Below, piece by piece: positions 34,865 to 47,270 of a stretch of 64,000 bases of DNA. Within the stretch, counting starts at the first letter, position 1; each line of letters begins with the position of its first letter. A model generated the notes under the pieces. It worked only from the letters and a program-made list of their open reading frames with translations, had not been told where the DNA came from and did not search any database. The translations under genes were made by a program, and so were the position numbers. Source of the DNA: Klebsormidium nitens (lineage: Eukaryota; Plantae; Klebsormidiophyceae); NCBI GenBank assembly GCA_000708835.1, contig DF237124.1, forward strand, positions 96,042 to 160,041, in the 5' to 3' direction.

Positions 34865-37800
34865 ATGAGCGCGCTCTCTTCCATCGCAGCGGTGCTGCGC
34901 CGAGTCAAGGACGATGCAGAGTTGGACAGGCCTTCGGACCGGCACAGCCGTCCGCACGACCACACTAAGTATGAAGAGCTGCCCTCGGGGCACTTGCCGG
35001 GACCGTCCGGCTACCAAGGAGGAATCTTGTCCGACATGTCGGTAGAGGACACGGGAACTGGGAAGGGCTCGGATCTTAGGAGAAGTGCCAAAGGCTTCGG
35101 GGTGCATGGGGTGGGGAGCTTCAGAGGCTCCCGAAAGTTTGAGGACTCGCCGGAGATGCGCGCAGTCATGTACGGGTCGACTGCGCACCCAAACCATGGC
35201 AGGTGAGGCTGAATCCCGATTTGCCTTCATTCGATCTCGTTAAGACCTCCTGAGCCACTAGCTAATCTTGTTGTTGATATGAAGCTTTTGCAGAGCCTTG
35301 CATGTCAAATGTGACCATTTTTCTGAAAGGGCAACAGTCTGCCAGCTTTAGGCTTCATACAGTGCTGTTGTTTGGTGGCGTATGCAGTGCCAGTAGTGAC
35401 GGCACTTGGACACAGTTCTGCTTTTGATTGCGGGATTCAGGTTGAGCAAAGGGGCAACCAGATAGACAGTGAAAGCATGTGTGCTCTCGTATTATCCAAC
35501 CTGACGTTGCTGAAATCTCTGATCCAGTACGACCACTGTTTTCTTGTGAGTTGGGGCTTATTCTGAAAAGATTTGAGACTCGGCGCATTTGGCCCAAAAA
35601 GAGATCACTCTGGTCGGGCACCCAAAGAACAATATGACACGCTCTGGGACTGAAAGCACGTTCATGTGAGCAGGCTGCAAGCGGTAGGCTCATTTTCAGG
35701 GAGCTCTATATCTATATCTAAATCAGGGAGCCTATCTGAGAGGCTGCATCCTCTCACTGGACAACAAAAAGGTTTGAAGAAGGCCTACGCTTTGGTTTTC
35801 AATGTATGACCAGGTCTATAGTATGCACTTACTCAAGATCGCTGCATTTGCAAAATTTGCAGAGCCGGCCTGAACCCCTGCAGCACGTGTTTCTGCCGCT
35901 CTTTTCAGACCTCAAAGTCACAGAACACTTTCAGAGGCCGCTCTTCCAAGTTGGATGCCATGGTGTCCTTTGATCAACCAAGGGCTGAATCCCATGTGAC
36001 TCTACTTGTACAAAGGTCTGGATAAGACATTGGAACCTTTTTGTCTATGTCTAGATCTCACAAATGATTGCCGCTTGTAGAAAGTAGGAGGAAGCACATA
36101 TCTAAGCAAAGCTACTGCCTCCTGCAGGGACGATAGCTTGTTTGGCCAGTTCGAGGAGAAGGCCATCAGGGGGCTGCATGGGGGTGAAGTACGGAGGCCC
36201 CGGGGTCCAACTGTTGCAGAGGTTGAGGTGACTGTTTGCCTTCAAGTTCCTTTGTTTTCTTGCATGCACTTGTGTTACAATCCTAGTTTTCAGTCTTCTC
36301 TTGCTTATTACTCGTCCTTCTATCTGGTACCACATGCCTCCTGTTCACTATTGCAGTCCCTCTGTTAGACGAGATTTCGCAAACGAACTTCATATCATTC
36401 GACTTTCTTCTAGCGTCAACCTCTCCTGACTCTGCAATGGGGGGTGAAGATTTGATTACAGAGTTAAAGAAAGACAGTGTTGTTCCATCCTGTAGTGGCG
36501 ACTCGATTTGCACGAGGGGTTGACAGGTCAACCTCTCACCGGATTTTTCAATATTGTGCGAGCGGATCAGTGCACCCAAATACTTTTTCAGAAATGATTG
36601 TACAATACTTGAAGTTAGTCAAGAGAACCTCCAGAACTCGGTCAAAGCTCAACTGCAGTGCATGCATAAAGTCGCCTGCACATTTCCTAGAACGCACACA
36701 TTTGAAGGGGTTCAACTACTGAACTTCTGAAATGCGGAACTACTTCTGCAGCTACTAGATTGACGTGCCACCTTCTCGTTCCAACGTCCTGATTCCATCT
36801 TGTCACATTCTGCCAAAATTTGACGCCTCACTTTCCGCCACTCTCCGACGCCTCAAAACGGTATGATCCACAGACTCCTGCTGAGACTCGTAAAAGAAGA
36901 CAGACACATTCTATATACGAACAGATGAACTGACAAGAAGCTGAAATGGTAGACTCTGACCTCACTCTCGGCCAGTTCCATGCGCAGGCCGACCGGCTTC
37001 CGTGGGGCATCCTCCATCCCGAGAGCGACGGCTACCTCTGGTTCTGGAACGCCACCATTGCGCTGGCGGTCGTGACGGCGTTTGTGGTGCCGTTTAACAT
37101 CGCGTACTTGCAGGCGCAGAACCTAGGAACCGGGACCAACCTGTTTCTCTACGCGATTGATCTAGTGAGCGTCGCCATTCTGGAACTCGTTGATGTGTGT
37201 GTTCGTGTTGTGAAACGCATTGTAGAGTCTGTTGGATCCGGGAAAAAGGGGTAGATTAAACTTATGAGTTGGGGCGCCATCTATCGCAGAATGGATCGCT
37301 GCGTGTGTAGTTCTTGGCTTTTCAAACAACTCATGGAGCAGAAGTGTTTGATCCGCAAGATAGAAAGATTAATCCACAATCCGCCGTTGATCTGGTGCGT
37401 GCCGCATCATACAACCATTCTTGCGTCCCTACGACGTTGGCTTCCGTGATGCGAATGTTTCGATTCGGCAGATAGGAACGACCAACCCTTTTCGATGACC
37501 TATCATTCGATGCGTGCAACGATGTCGCTTCCGTGGTGCTTTTGGGTGTTGATTTCTCATTCCTTTGACCACCAAAATCAGCGTTGCAATCGTCGTAGCT
37601 CACTCCTTACATTTTCCAAACGAGCTTTTGCGCCAGAGTGATCACTAGTACTTCCACATCCTCAGTTGCTTCCGACTAATTTCTGAAAGATCAGGAGTTG
37701 GATGAACACTCAAAATTCAGATGTCTGCGTGGCAAAAGGGCTGGAGATTAATGCAACCAGATTGCCCTGTCGAATGTCTGGCTGGCTCTCCACAAAAGAG

Positions 37801-40800
37801 AGACCCAGACAATGTCGCTCTCGGCGTGCATTATATGTCCGAGCTGAGTGAAGTCGACCACTAAGACACATCCGAATCCACCATCTGATCAAACTCGCTT
37901 GCCATCTTTGTCTTCGACATCAATCGCAGCACCAATCTGGTTGCCCCTCGTGCTGACGTCAGCCACTTTCAACCCCGCTGACGTCAGCCTGACCCTCGCC
38001 CGTTCTCCCCTCAGGTGTTTCTCGCAGACATTGCCGTCAACTTCCGCCTGGCGACCTTCCGCGCGGGCGAGTGGGTGACGGACGCGCGCACCATCGCGTG
38101 GCAGTACGCCCGCGGTGAGCTCATCTATGACGTCATTGCCGCGGTGCCGTGGGACCTGGTGTTGGCCGTCGTGACGCAAGCGAAGGGCCACTTTGTGATG
38201 AGCCTCACGCTGCTGGGGCTCGTGCGGGTGCTGCGGCTCAAGCGCCTGTGAGCTCCCTCTTCCATCTTCTTTCTGGTTTTGTTTTGGGTGTTTTACACGC
38301 CCGCAGCACTCGCACATGTTGCAAGTCTCCGAGTCGCAACAGATCAACACGGAAAGGCAGGTAGTACGATAACAAGAGAGAGACAAAGTTGTTCATCCCC
38401 TTTGGACAAATCCTTGGTTTCGTAGTTCGTGCTTCCCCTCGAAGCGAGGTGGAACCGTCTTGCAAAAAAAGTACGGGGGGCAAAGGTAAAGCCGGAGCAC
38501 GTTCAATGTCGACTTTATGCTCCTTCGTATCTTCACATCTCTGGGGCCGTTTTGCTGGTTCCGACGGCTACGACGCTGTGCTGCAACCGTACAGCTCTAA
38601 TCCAGTCTCTTGACCGGGGACATCATGAAGCAAAGCGAGAGAACCGAAGCACCAAACAAGCCTCCGTTTGCTACTATCAGCCGTTATCGATCCGACTCCA
38701 AAAAGCATAGCGGCGTGACCCTGCAGGTGGAGCTTCTTTTGGCTGGTGGGCGTGGACATGCGGTTCGACTACTTCTGGACGTCCGTCACCAAGTTCACGC
38801 TGCTCATCCTCTTCTCCGCGCACTGGGCCGGCTGCATCTACTTCCTGCTCGCGCGCCTCCGCGACTTCGGGCCCGGCACGGTACGCGCCTCTGGAACCTA
38901 AAACCCCGATTCTTCCTTGAAATACACGCCCCTCTGATTTGGGCATGGTCGCTTGCAAACTCTTCAATCCTTTGCTGTGCACTCTCAGAATATCTGAGTA
39001 GTACGGTATGCATTGTTCTGACAACCTCTGCCGCCCCAATGAACATCGTTTTCGCGGATCACAGACCTTCAATCTTCCGAGATTTACGCTTGGTACATTG
39101 ACCGGTCGAGAATGTTCGAGTGCCCAATTCAAGGTTTTGGTCAAGCGGCCAGCTTTGAGGGCGTGTACGACCAGAGTGTCAGATACTTCCGGGCGAGCTC
39201 CTCGTCCAAGTAGATTGATATCTCATACTAATTGCTGAATGCAAGCCTGTTATTTCATGAAAGACTGCAGTCCTTCAAAAGCGCAATAATGAGCAACGGG
39301 CACACTTTTTTTACTGATCGGACGTCTGCTGTTTTGGTGCAGTGGGTGGCTGCGGACCAACCGGACCTGCCCAGCAAGTCGGCCTTTGACTGCTACGTCA
39401 CATCTATCTACTGGTAATGACGTCACCATATTGCTCGGGAGGAGTTTCTTCTCCGCATCCGTTCTATGATGAGAGCCCTCGTCGGCCCGTCGGGCTTATG
39501 GTGCTCTTTCTGACGTCCTTACCAAGCTTCCACTCGACCGCGGGCACCGCCTGTTGTTCGAACCTTATGTAAGGTTCTCTGACGATTGGAACCGTCTGTT
39601 GCTCAGTCATTATGAAGCGCACGCTTGGAAAACGAGCACAAATCAAGCCAAGGCCGGTGAAGAAGTAAAACGAACTCCTTTTGCAGGGCCATGACGACCC
39701 TTAGCACGACAGGTTACGGCGACTTCACGGCCGTCGACATCCCGGAGCGCATCTGGACGGCTTTCTTCATGGTCTTCAACCTGGGGCTTACGGCGTAAGT
39801 GCCGTGAACAAGCTGACTGAAGCGTGAATTTATTGTGACTTGTCCATTGTGCATGTCGCGATGTGTTAGACCGCCAACAGTTGTTTTTGCTGCTTAAAAC
39901 TCCGGCTGCTTGACTTCCACAAGCATTTAACCGAAAGGGTGGCGTTATTCTGTTCCCTGACCGTGATTCGGCGACGTAATTTCCCAGCACCTTCCTATCC
40001 CCTCCATCAATATGACATGCTGGATCGAGCGCAATTAAGTGAACCCTTGTATTTGTTTTGCGCAGATACGTACTCGGCAACATGACGGTGCTGCTGACAA
40101 AGGCAGATGCGCTTACTGCGACCTACCGCGACCGCCTTTCCACCATGACGGAGTGAGTGCACGCGCCATTTGACTCCTTTTCATTACGCCAGTGCAACGC
40201 GGCAGCGCGAAAGTCAAGTGCACCTAAACTGAATCTTACTTGCCTCCTTAAGATTGACAAGAGCTTGATATGCTTTCAGAACGCCAGTGGAAAACGAGAT
40301 GCAAAACCCTAAAATTCAGAGTATTCGTTCCCGGGGCGTATGAAGGGCCCCCGCATGTCGGGCGTGCTGCAGTGGCGGAGCCAGGCGTATCTGGATGCTG
40401 TATCTGGATGCGGTATCTGGATGCTGAGCTCAAGCTTACGAAACTTTTTAGGGTCCGCAAACCCTAGGAAAGTGTCCAATACCCGAAAGTCTGAAACCTA
40501 CCGTATCGCCGCAGGTACGTGAATGAGCATCATATGCCGGGCTCGCTTCAGTGAGAGGACCAGTCGCATCCCCGTGTGAGCCGAAGCTTCCGGAAAGCAA
40601 AAACCTCGACATCCTAAAAGCACAGCAGAAAATACATACCTGAAATTGTGAAACCCTGATTAACCCTCGCAGGTACAGGAAGGCGCACCACGTGCCCGGC
40701 GTGCTGCAATGGCAGAGCCAGGCGCATCGGGGTGTGAGCTGAACCTTAGAACCCATCAAAATCCTGCACCCCTTGAAAGGCCCTGATAAGTGCAGCCTGA

Positions 40801-43800
40801 GACCTCATTTGAAATCTCATTCATACAACTGAAACCCCTGCTAACCCTCGCAGGTACATGAAGGCGCACCACGTGCCCGGCGCGCTCCAGCGGCAGAGCC
40901 AGGCTCACCTGAAGCTGCACTTCGACACGGCGCGCGTGCGCGACGAGGTGCTGCGGCACGTGCCGGCCAGCATCCGCATGCGCATCCTTAAGCACAACTA
41001 CAGCGCCTACCTCACCGAGCCGTACCTCTTCATGGGCACCTCCAACCTCTTCAAGGTGCGGAAGGATGCAGAGTTCTCTAGCTTTCTGGGTTCGGCGTGT
41101 CCTTCCTCTCATGATCCAATCTCTAGGTTCAGTTTTCCCGACTTTGATATGGTGCCTTTTTGGGGGATTCCTTTATGATGCCCGAAACGCGAAGTCGGTT
41201 GAAGCTTTGATACTCTGCGGCGAAATTCTGAAGCGCACAAGCGCACCCGGCTTGCAAGCAAGCTGCACCGCAGCAAGAGAAGCCTCGACTCGTTGTTCCA
41301 GGTTCCACAGCATCTGTTCTGGTCAAAAGTAATCTCCAATTTCAATTCCCGCCGGCCCTCTCGGCTTCAGAAAAGGACACATCAATCTGCATGGTTTCTG
41401 CGTTGCAGACGACGTGGACACCCTTATATTAGACCGTTAACATTGGTCGATGGATCATGCGATTCTAACTCTCGCCCTTCACCTTGACGTCACTTTTCTA
41501 TTGACCCTCTCTCTCCGTGGTCTCCGCCTCGCAGGACCAGCTGACGACGCACATGCACGTCGAGTTCTTCCTTCCCGGCATGAACGTCATCACGCTGCAT
41601 GACCCCAACTCGGAGCTCTACATCATCTGCTCCGGCACCTGCGAGGTCAAGCGCCGCCCGCCTTCCCGCTCTCGTTTGCATTTTCCTCCGTTTCCATTCG
41701 TGTTTTCCGGCATGTCCCGTCTTCGAGGCCCTTGCTGTCCCGTTGCCCTCCGGTATTCCGTCCTGTCCCTCTTTTCTTCCGTTCTTGTTCCCATCTCCGA
41801 CTTCCTTTTTCCATCTTGGCCACCCGTTGAAGTCAGCGTTCGTCCGTCCCCGTATTACGCGGCGCCTCCATTTCTTTCAAACTTTGCTGCTGAACTTGGT
41901 TGGAGCTCAGCTAGGACGCTGCAACTTTCAAGTGCGTTCGAAGACCCGGCAGCAACAGTAACACAAAGTTGCGAGCCAATTGCCCTGCATCCCTCCAAAA
42001 TAGAGGCCTGCGACATGGTACATGGGCGGATGGCGGGTAATTTACGCGGGCTTTTCTTCACCGCAGGTTATTTTGAAGGACGAGAGTGGCGAGGAGGAGG
42101 TCTGGTACGAGTACGTTGAGGGCGAGGTTTTCGGAGGTGCGTTGCTAGCCCCACTCCAATCATGCCTTAAGTGCGTCTCCGAGCTGAAGGTTTGAGTAGT
42201 ACGAGTGAACTGCGCACCTGTGTGGGACAATCATTGGCGTTTGACCTGCGGCGGAACGGTGCAGGGGCCAGGCAGTCAAGCAACATGCAACAAACATTGC
42301 CCGAAAACCCTTTTGCAAATTAGTATAAAGTATTGATTCAGATTGCAAATCAAGCACTCTTGCTCTGCGCAGAGTTCTCCTTCATCACGAGCTCGTCCCA
42401 GCCCTGGACGATACGAACCGCCAGCGTGTGCCGCCTGCTCATCATCGAACGCGACGACTTTGAGGCAAGCATGTTTCACCCCCTCGGCTTCTAAGGACAA
42501 TGCGGGTCTGCTTCTCCAGCCTTACCAATCCGCCTCGCCGGTTGAGCAATTCCTCGTTGTTTGTACTCTACCGTTCTCTGTTTGACTGTCTCTGGTTTAA
42601 GTCCTCCTGGGAGAAAGTACATGCCTGCTTCAGAGTGGCTTGCCATTTCCAGGAATCCAGGTTTTCCGGGCCCGATCAAGGGCACGGTCGCCAAGCTGGT
42701 GACACTCGTCACCAATACCGAGCAGATTAGAGCGCAGGGGCCGTCCTGATCCGGAACGGAGCGCGCAAGCCGGCGTTACAGCATCTCACTGCGACCAGCT
42801 CGGCTGACTGGCATGCGCGTGTGTGTGCAGGAGATTGCCAAGAACCACCCGGTCGACCTGCGCAAGGTGCAGCTCAACCTACTAGAAAAGTGAGGCGCTG
42901 CTCCTGTCCCGTAACGCCGTGGTCCAAGTGCGAGCAATCCCCAATGACCTCAGAGCCTGATCATTTCGCTTCTCGTTGTGACACAATGTGTACGCGAACA
43001 TGTCGCGCTGCCTCGCATCCCTGCCCGTAGTGCATCCCTGTCGCGCCCGCTCTATCTCAACCCGAACTTATATCCTGAAAGCATAGAGGTTGCTGGATCC
43101 TCTGACGACTTCAGAGCCTCCTCGTAAGGAATATCTGCGACTTGCTTTCAGAAGGAGCAAGTGACTTGTCAAATCGAGCAGATGTGCGTCCGTATCTGGA
43201 CAGTCGCTGATTGAAGAATGGGATTTTTCTTGCACGCCATGGATACGAGGACAACCCCCACCTTGGCTTTTCCTTCTAGACAGTCCATTCTCGTATACCT
43301 TGTCGCCAATCTGGTGCGAATGAGGCCTTGTTCTGCCCCACTTTGTCTCTCAGGACCCGCCTCCTAGCTGCAACGGTGAACGAAAAAGAGGCCCGACGAG
43401 GCCTCGTGGAGCTGGCCGTCCTCGTCAAGCAGGAAGTCGAGGTCAGTGCACGTTCCCTTGTCATGTGACACGTGGCAACAGTCAACTTGATCAGGTAGTG
43501 GCGAGGTGCCGGACTCGGACTGCGTACAGTAAGGTGCTGGGCAGGTTGCAAGATTGGAACCATCTTTGCTACATCTTCCTGTGGATCAAGCTTAGACTGC
43601 AAACTTTGGCTCTGGAAGGGGTTCTGCTTCGCCTGTCTTTGCTGCTCTCTCTTGACTGTTCTTCTCATCTGAAAGAGGGAAGGGAAGGTTAAAGGCGGAG
43701 ATGTCGACAATCGGGCGTTCTTAGACAGCGGGAAGACTCCACTGAGCGATCGAATTATTAAGTTGAAGCGACCAATACTCATGTAGCACACGAAATTCGC

Positions 43801-46565
43801 TCTTCCGCATTCTCGTCACCACGCTTCCCTTGTCCCTCGGGTCGTCAAAGACTCCGTTCCAGCTTCTCCGTCCCGCTCGGCGCATGCACCCACTTGGCTA
43901 CGCCCTGAACAATCCAACTCAGCCCTCTTTTTAGATACCTCCGCATTCTTGATTGCAACGAGTAATGCCCCCCAGAAACCTCTAGGCTTCCCTCTTGCGC
44001 AGACGTTCATCTCGAAGCAGGAGCAGGAGACAATCACCAGCCTGTGCTACGCGGCCAAGCGGGGGGACCTGCTAGAGATCCACAAGCTGCTCGCGTCGGG
44101 GATCGACCCCAGCTGCGCTGACTACGACGGGCGGACGCCCCTCGTGAGTAACCGCTCATGTTGACGTCATGCCTTTGTATTGCTGATCCTCACCCTCACC
44201 GCGCACGATGTTTCTGTTGGACGGAGAAGGTTCGGGAATGACGCCGCACATTCAAAATCCTCCTTGAGAGTAAGGGCCTGTCGGCCACATTGAAGGGTGC
44301 AATTGTGTCGTGAGCGCAGATGTGATACCGGCTCGCTTTTTTTGGCGCAAGAATATGCGTGCGGTCTTTCACAATCACTCCCTGAATTGAGCACTCGATG
44401 CTTCTATGACTGAGCTAGCAATTGACACAACGAGTGTTCCTTCCTCTATTTAATTCCTGCGTCCAACTGGGGTCCAGCGATTTGACACGTGTCCTTCCGT
44501 GGTTGCAGCACGTGGCGGCCGCCAGCGGGCAGGACAAGGTGGTGCTGTATCTTTTGCAGAAAAAGGCGGACCCTAATGCCAAGGGTAAGAGCGACGCGCT
44601 CGAGCCTGATCCTTAGCCACTTTTATAGATAATGACGCTTCTTAAATCACTGCGGCATCCTGATGAGGAGCCGTGCCTTCCTTGAAATGAGCTTCGGTCA
44701 CCTACTTCTCGATACTTGGTCCGTTTACTTTCGGAAGTGCTTCGACCTTTGCGACACACAATAAGCGGCTCTGACATGTTTGCTTTCGCAAAAGGAGCGC
44801 CGATCCGCCCCCTCTATGCGAGGCCGCTGGCTTATTTACGCTCCAATCAGCAGGCAAATCGGGCAAATTTCCGTTGACGAAGTTGTCGGTTGCGCCACAC
44901 ACCTGGACGCTGCCGATTCGTATACACGGATGAGAGGTAAAATATAGAAAGACTGTTCAGGAGGAGATTTTCAGTCTTACTTCAGACTGCCGGTAGTCTT
45001 TCGCTCCCTGCCTGATTTCCTTTTTTCCCCGCTGCGCAGATCTGCACGGCAAGACGCCCCTCAGCGAGGCGGTCCAGAACGGCCACCTGTCAACGGCGGA
45101 GGTGCTGCGCGAGTAAGTCAGTCTTGCGAAATCTCTGAGTGGATGCAAGCGGTACAAGCTCCTGCGAACTTTGGCGCTCTTTCCGCAGTTTCGGCGCATT
45201 TCTGAATGGATTCTTCGAAGGCGCTGGCTGCGAGCCCTTCCTGAGCGACAGAACGCTGCAAAGCGAGCGACGTGTCGCGCCTCCGCGGGCTGTCAATGGG
45301 GTTCGGCTAGCTGTAGATTCCACATCCGTTGGCTTCAAAGGATGACAGATGTTACGTCGGGCTTCGCGCTTCTCGTCAGACGAGTCTTATTCACAGTCGC
45401 GGACCGGCACAGCTTGATGCCTCCCGCTGAGATCCAATTAGCAACGGAGGCAAGAGGTCCAGGCGGCCATGGTAGTCTCCTAAGTCGGCCGTTCCGGTCT
45501 CCTGGGTTGGCCTTTCCGGTGTCCTGAATTGGCCACTCCGGTCCCCTGGGTTGGCCTTTCCGGTCTCCTGAAATGGCCCTTCCGGTCTCTTGGGTTGGCC
45601 TTTCCGGTCTCCTGAGTTGGCCATTCCGGTCTTCTGAGGCGGGCATTCCGGTCTCCTGGGGCAATGCTCCCGCCTTGCTGAGACGGAATTCCGTTGTGCA
45701 GGTTCAAAGCGGAGCTGCTGCTGCGGAACGAGGCGAACCACCTGTGCCGGCTGGCCCACGCGGGGCTGGTGACGGAGCTCACGACCATGCTGCTCTTCGG
45801 GGCGGACCCAAACGCTGCGGACTACGACGGACGCACGGTGAGCGAGTCGGACCTTTGCTTGCGGTTTTCGTCAATACACATTGTCAATCCCCATGTCGGG
45901 ATGCCTGAGGCTCTGGAAGAAACAGAGCAAAGTGTTTTGGCCGAAACATACTATAACAAATTATCGTTGTGCACTACTGAGATGTAAATTTCGCTGCCGG
46001 TCGATCGTGCGTCCTTGCACATAAACATGTCAAGATTCCGGCTCACTATCTTCTGCCTTGATGCAATCTTCCCGACGAAACATTCGTGCCCTGGTCGGCC
46101 TCTGAATAGAGGTCTCCTGAAGTTCAAGACCATGCACTTCTCCAAAACTGCCTTTGACTCATGGACTACGAGCACGAAAGTATCGCGCTTCGCTCGAAAG
46201 GCGAACTCTCAAAGGAAGGAATTGGACACAACAAGACGAGGATAACAACAGAAACGAGAAGAAGAGACACAGAGAGACATGACCCGGGCCACTCTAGGTG
46301 ACGTACTTCGTTTCTCCGCACCGTCCTCGTCCTTCCTAACGGACTCCTCCCCCTGCAGGCTTTCCACATTGCGGCCGCGGAGGGCCGCGTCGGCGTCGTG
46401 CGCGCGCTGCTCGCCGCCCATGCTGACGTCAACTGCCGGGACCGGTGGAACCAGACCCCCCTGGACGAGGCGCTGCGGGCGCAGCACCAGGCGGTGGCGG
46501 AACTGCTGCAGGAGAAGGGGGGGGAGCGGGGGGGAGGGGTGCCACAAGGTGACGTCATCGGGTGA
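34865..46565 (+). CDS. Plant Shaker-type voltage-gated K+ channel (6 TM + cyclic-nucleotide-binding domain + ankyrin repeats; ~840 aa)
   Basis: 19 exons: 34865-35202, 36128-36227, 36988-37164, 38015-38247, 38727-38880, 39343-39413, 39687-39794, 40066-40152, 40854-41055, 41535-41645, 42067-42136, 42373-42464 (GC donor), 42831-42889, 43354-43441, 44003-44143, 44509-44584, 45040-45112, 45702-45837, 46359-46565. Total 2523 nt, in frame. S4 LGLVRVLRLKRL, S5 HWAGCIYFLLA, pore TTLSTTGYGD, S6 FNLGLTAYVLGNMT, cNBD EFFLPG, ankyrin DYDGRTPLHVAA and DRWNQTPLDEA. The first two exons are less certain. Confidence 0.93.
40300..40853 (+). repeat. Three degenerate tandem copies (~160-180 nt period) of the acceptor plus first ~55 nt of K+ channel exon 9
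   Basis: True: taaccctcgcag|gtacatgaaggcgcaccacgtgcccggcgcgctccagcggcagagccaggctcac (40854). Copies: taaccctcgcag|gtacaggaaggcgcaccacgtgcccggcgtgctgcaatggcagagccaggcgcat (40673); cgccgcag|gtacgtgaatgagcatcatatgccgggctcgcttcagtgagaggaccagtcgcat (40515); tatgaagggcccccgcatgtcgggcgtgctgcagtggcggagccaggcgtat (~40339). Confidence 0.9.
45491..45666. repeat. Intronic 22-nt minisatellite, 8 copies, with alternating variants (44-nt higher-order period)
   Basis: Units: gttccggtctcctgggttggcc, tttccggtgtcctgaattggcc, actccggtcccctgggttggcc, tttccggtctcctgaaatggcc, cttccggtctcttgggttggcc, tttccggtctcctgagttggcc, attccggtcttctgaggcgggc, attccggtctcctggggcaatg. Confidence 0.95.
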
Positions 46566-47270
46566 GGAGTTCGGGCTGGGCTTGAATGGATGAGATCACT
46601 CTGAGGGGGGTTGACTGATTCTGGCTGGACTCTTAAAACCGAAAGTAGGCCGATTTGGAGATGTTACACGAGAGCCGCGGGAGGCTGCCGGGAAACGTTC
46701 TGCGCGGCAATGACATTGGATTTGGATGTACAGACTTGCCTGTTCATGGAGTTTCCAAGCTTTTCCGTTCTAAGGAATTGGAGAGTGGTGCAGATCCCTT
46801 GAACGTGCGGTTCGGACGGTTGAGGTTCGTTGTGGAATCAGTACTACTCCTGCGTCGCGAATCTGGGGTTTGCGGTTGGCTCTGAAAAATGTGGAAAATT
46901 TTGAGAAGAGGACAACTTGCACAAGCTTTCTGTATGAAGGCGGGGGCACCAAGGTGCGCTCTGCACCGCAGTCCGCACGACTAGCATAAATGAAGCACTT
47001 GCAAACGAAAGAGGATTTGTCTTCTCATAACTTCTGCCGGACTCAACAAAGTGTTCTATCTACCCTCATGCAGGACTTCGTCGGGGAGAACGACACGTGG
47101 GCCTCCATCATTATAAGTTACAGATAGTTGATAACATGTGCGCTAGTCTTAATGCTTATTGAATCTTGGGCGCGTTACTCGAGCCCAATGATCGTTGCTT
47201 ATCACAGTTGTCATGTACAGTTTCGAGGGAAAATACAAAGATAGACCAAATGCAGAACCGTTGGTCGTTT

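Noticed and set aside
35441-35490. Candidate K+ channel exon after attcag
   Set aside because: In-frame TAG in the required phase; the exon at 36128 fits instead.
45491-45666. CRISPR-like appearance of the 22-nt repeat
   Set aside because: The units abut with no unique spacers, there are no cas genes, and the context is a eukaryotic intron.
45335-45788. Repetitive ORFs (RPERPTQETGKAN...) on the minus strand
   Set aside because: They are translations of the intronic minisatellite, with no splice or start support.
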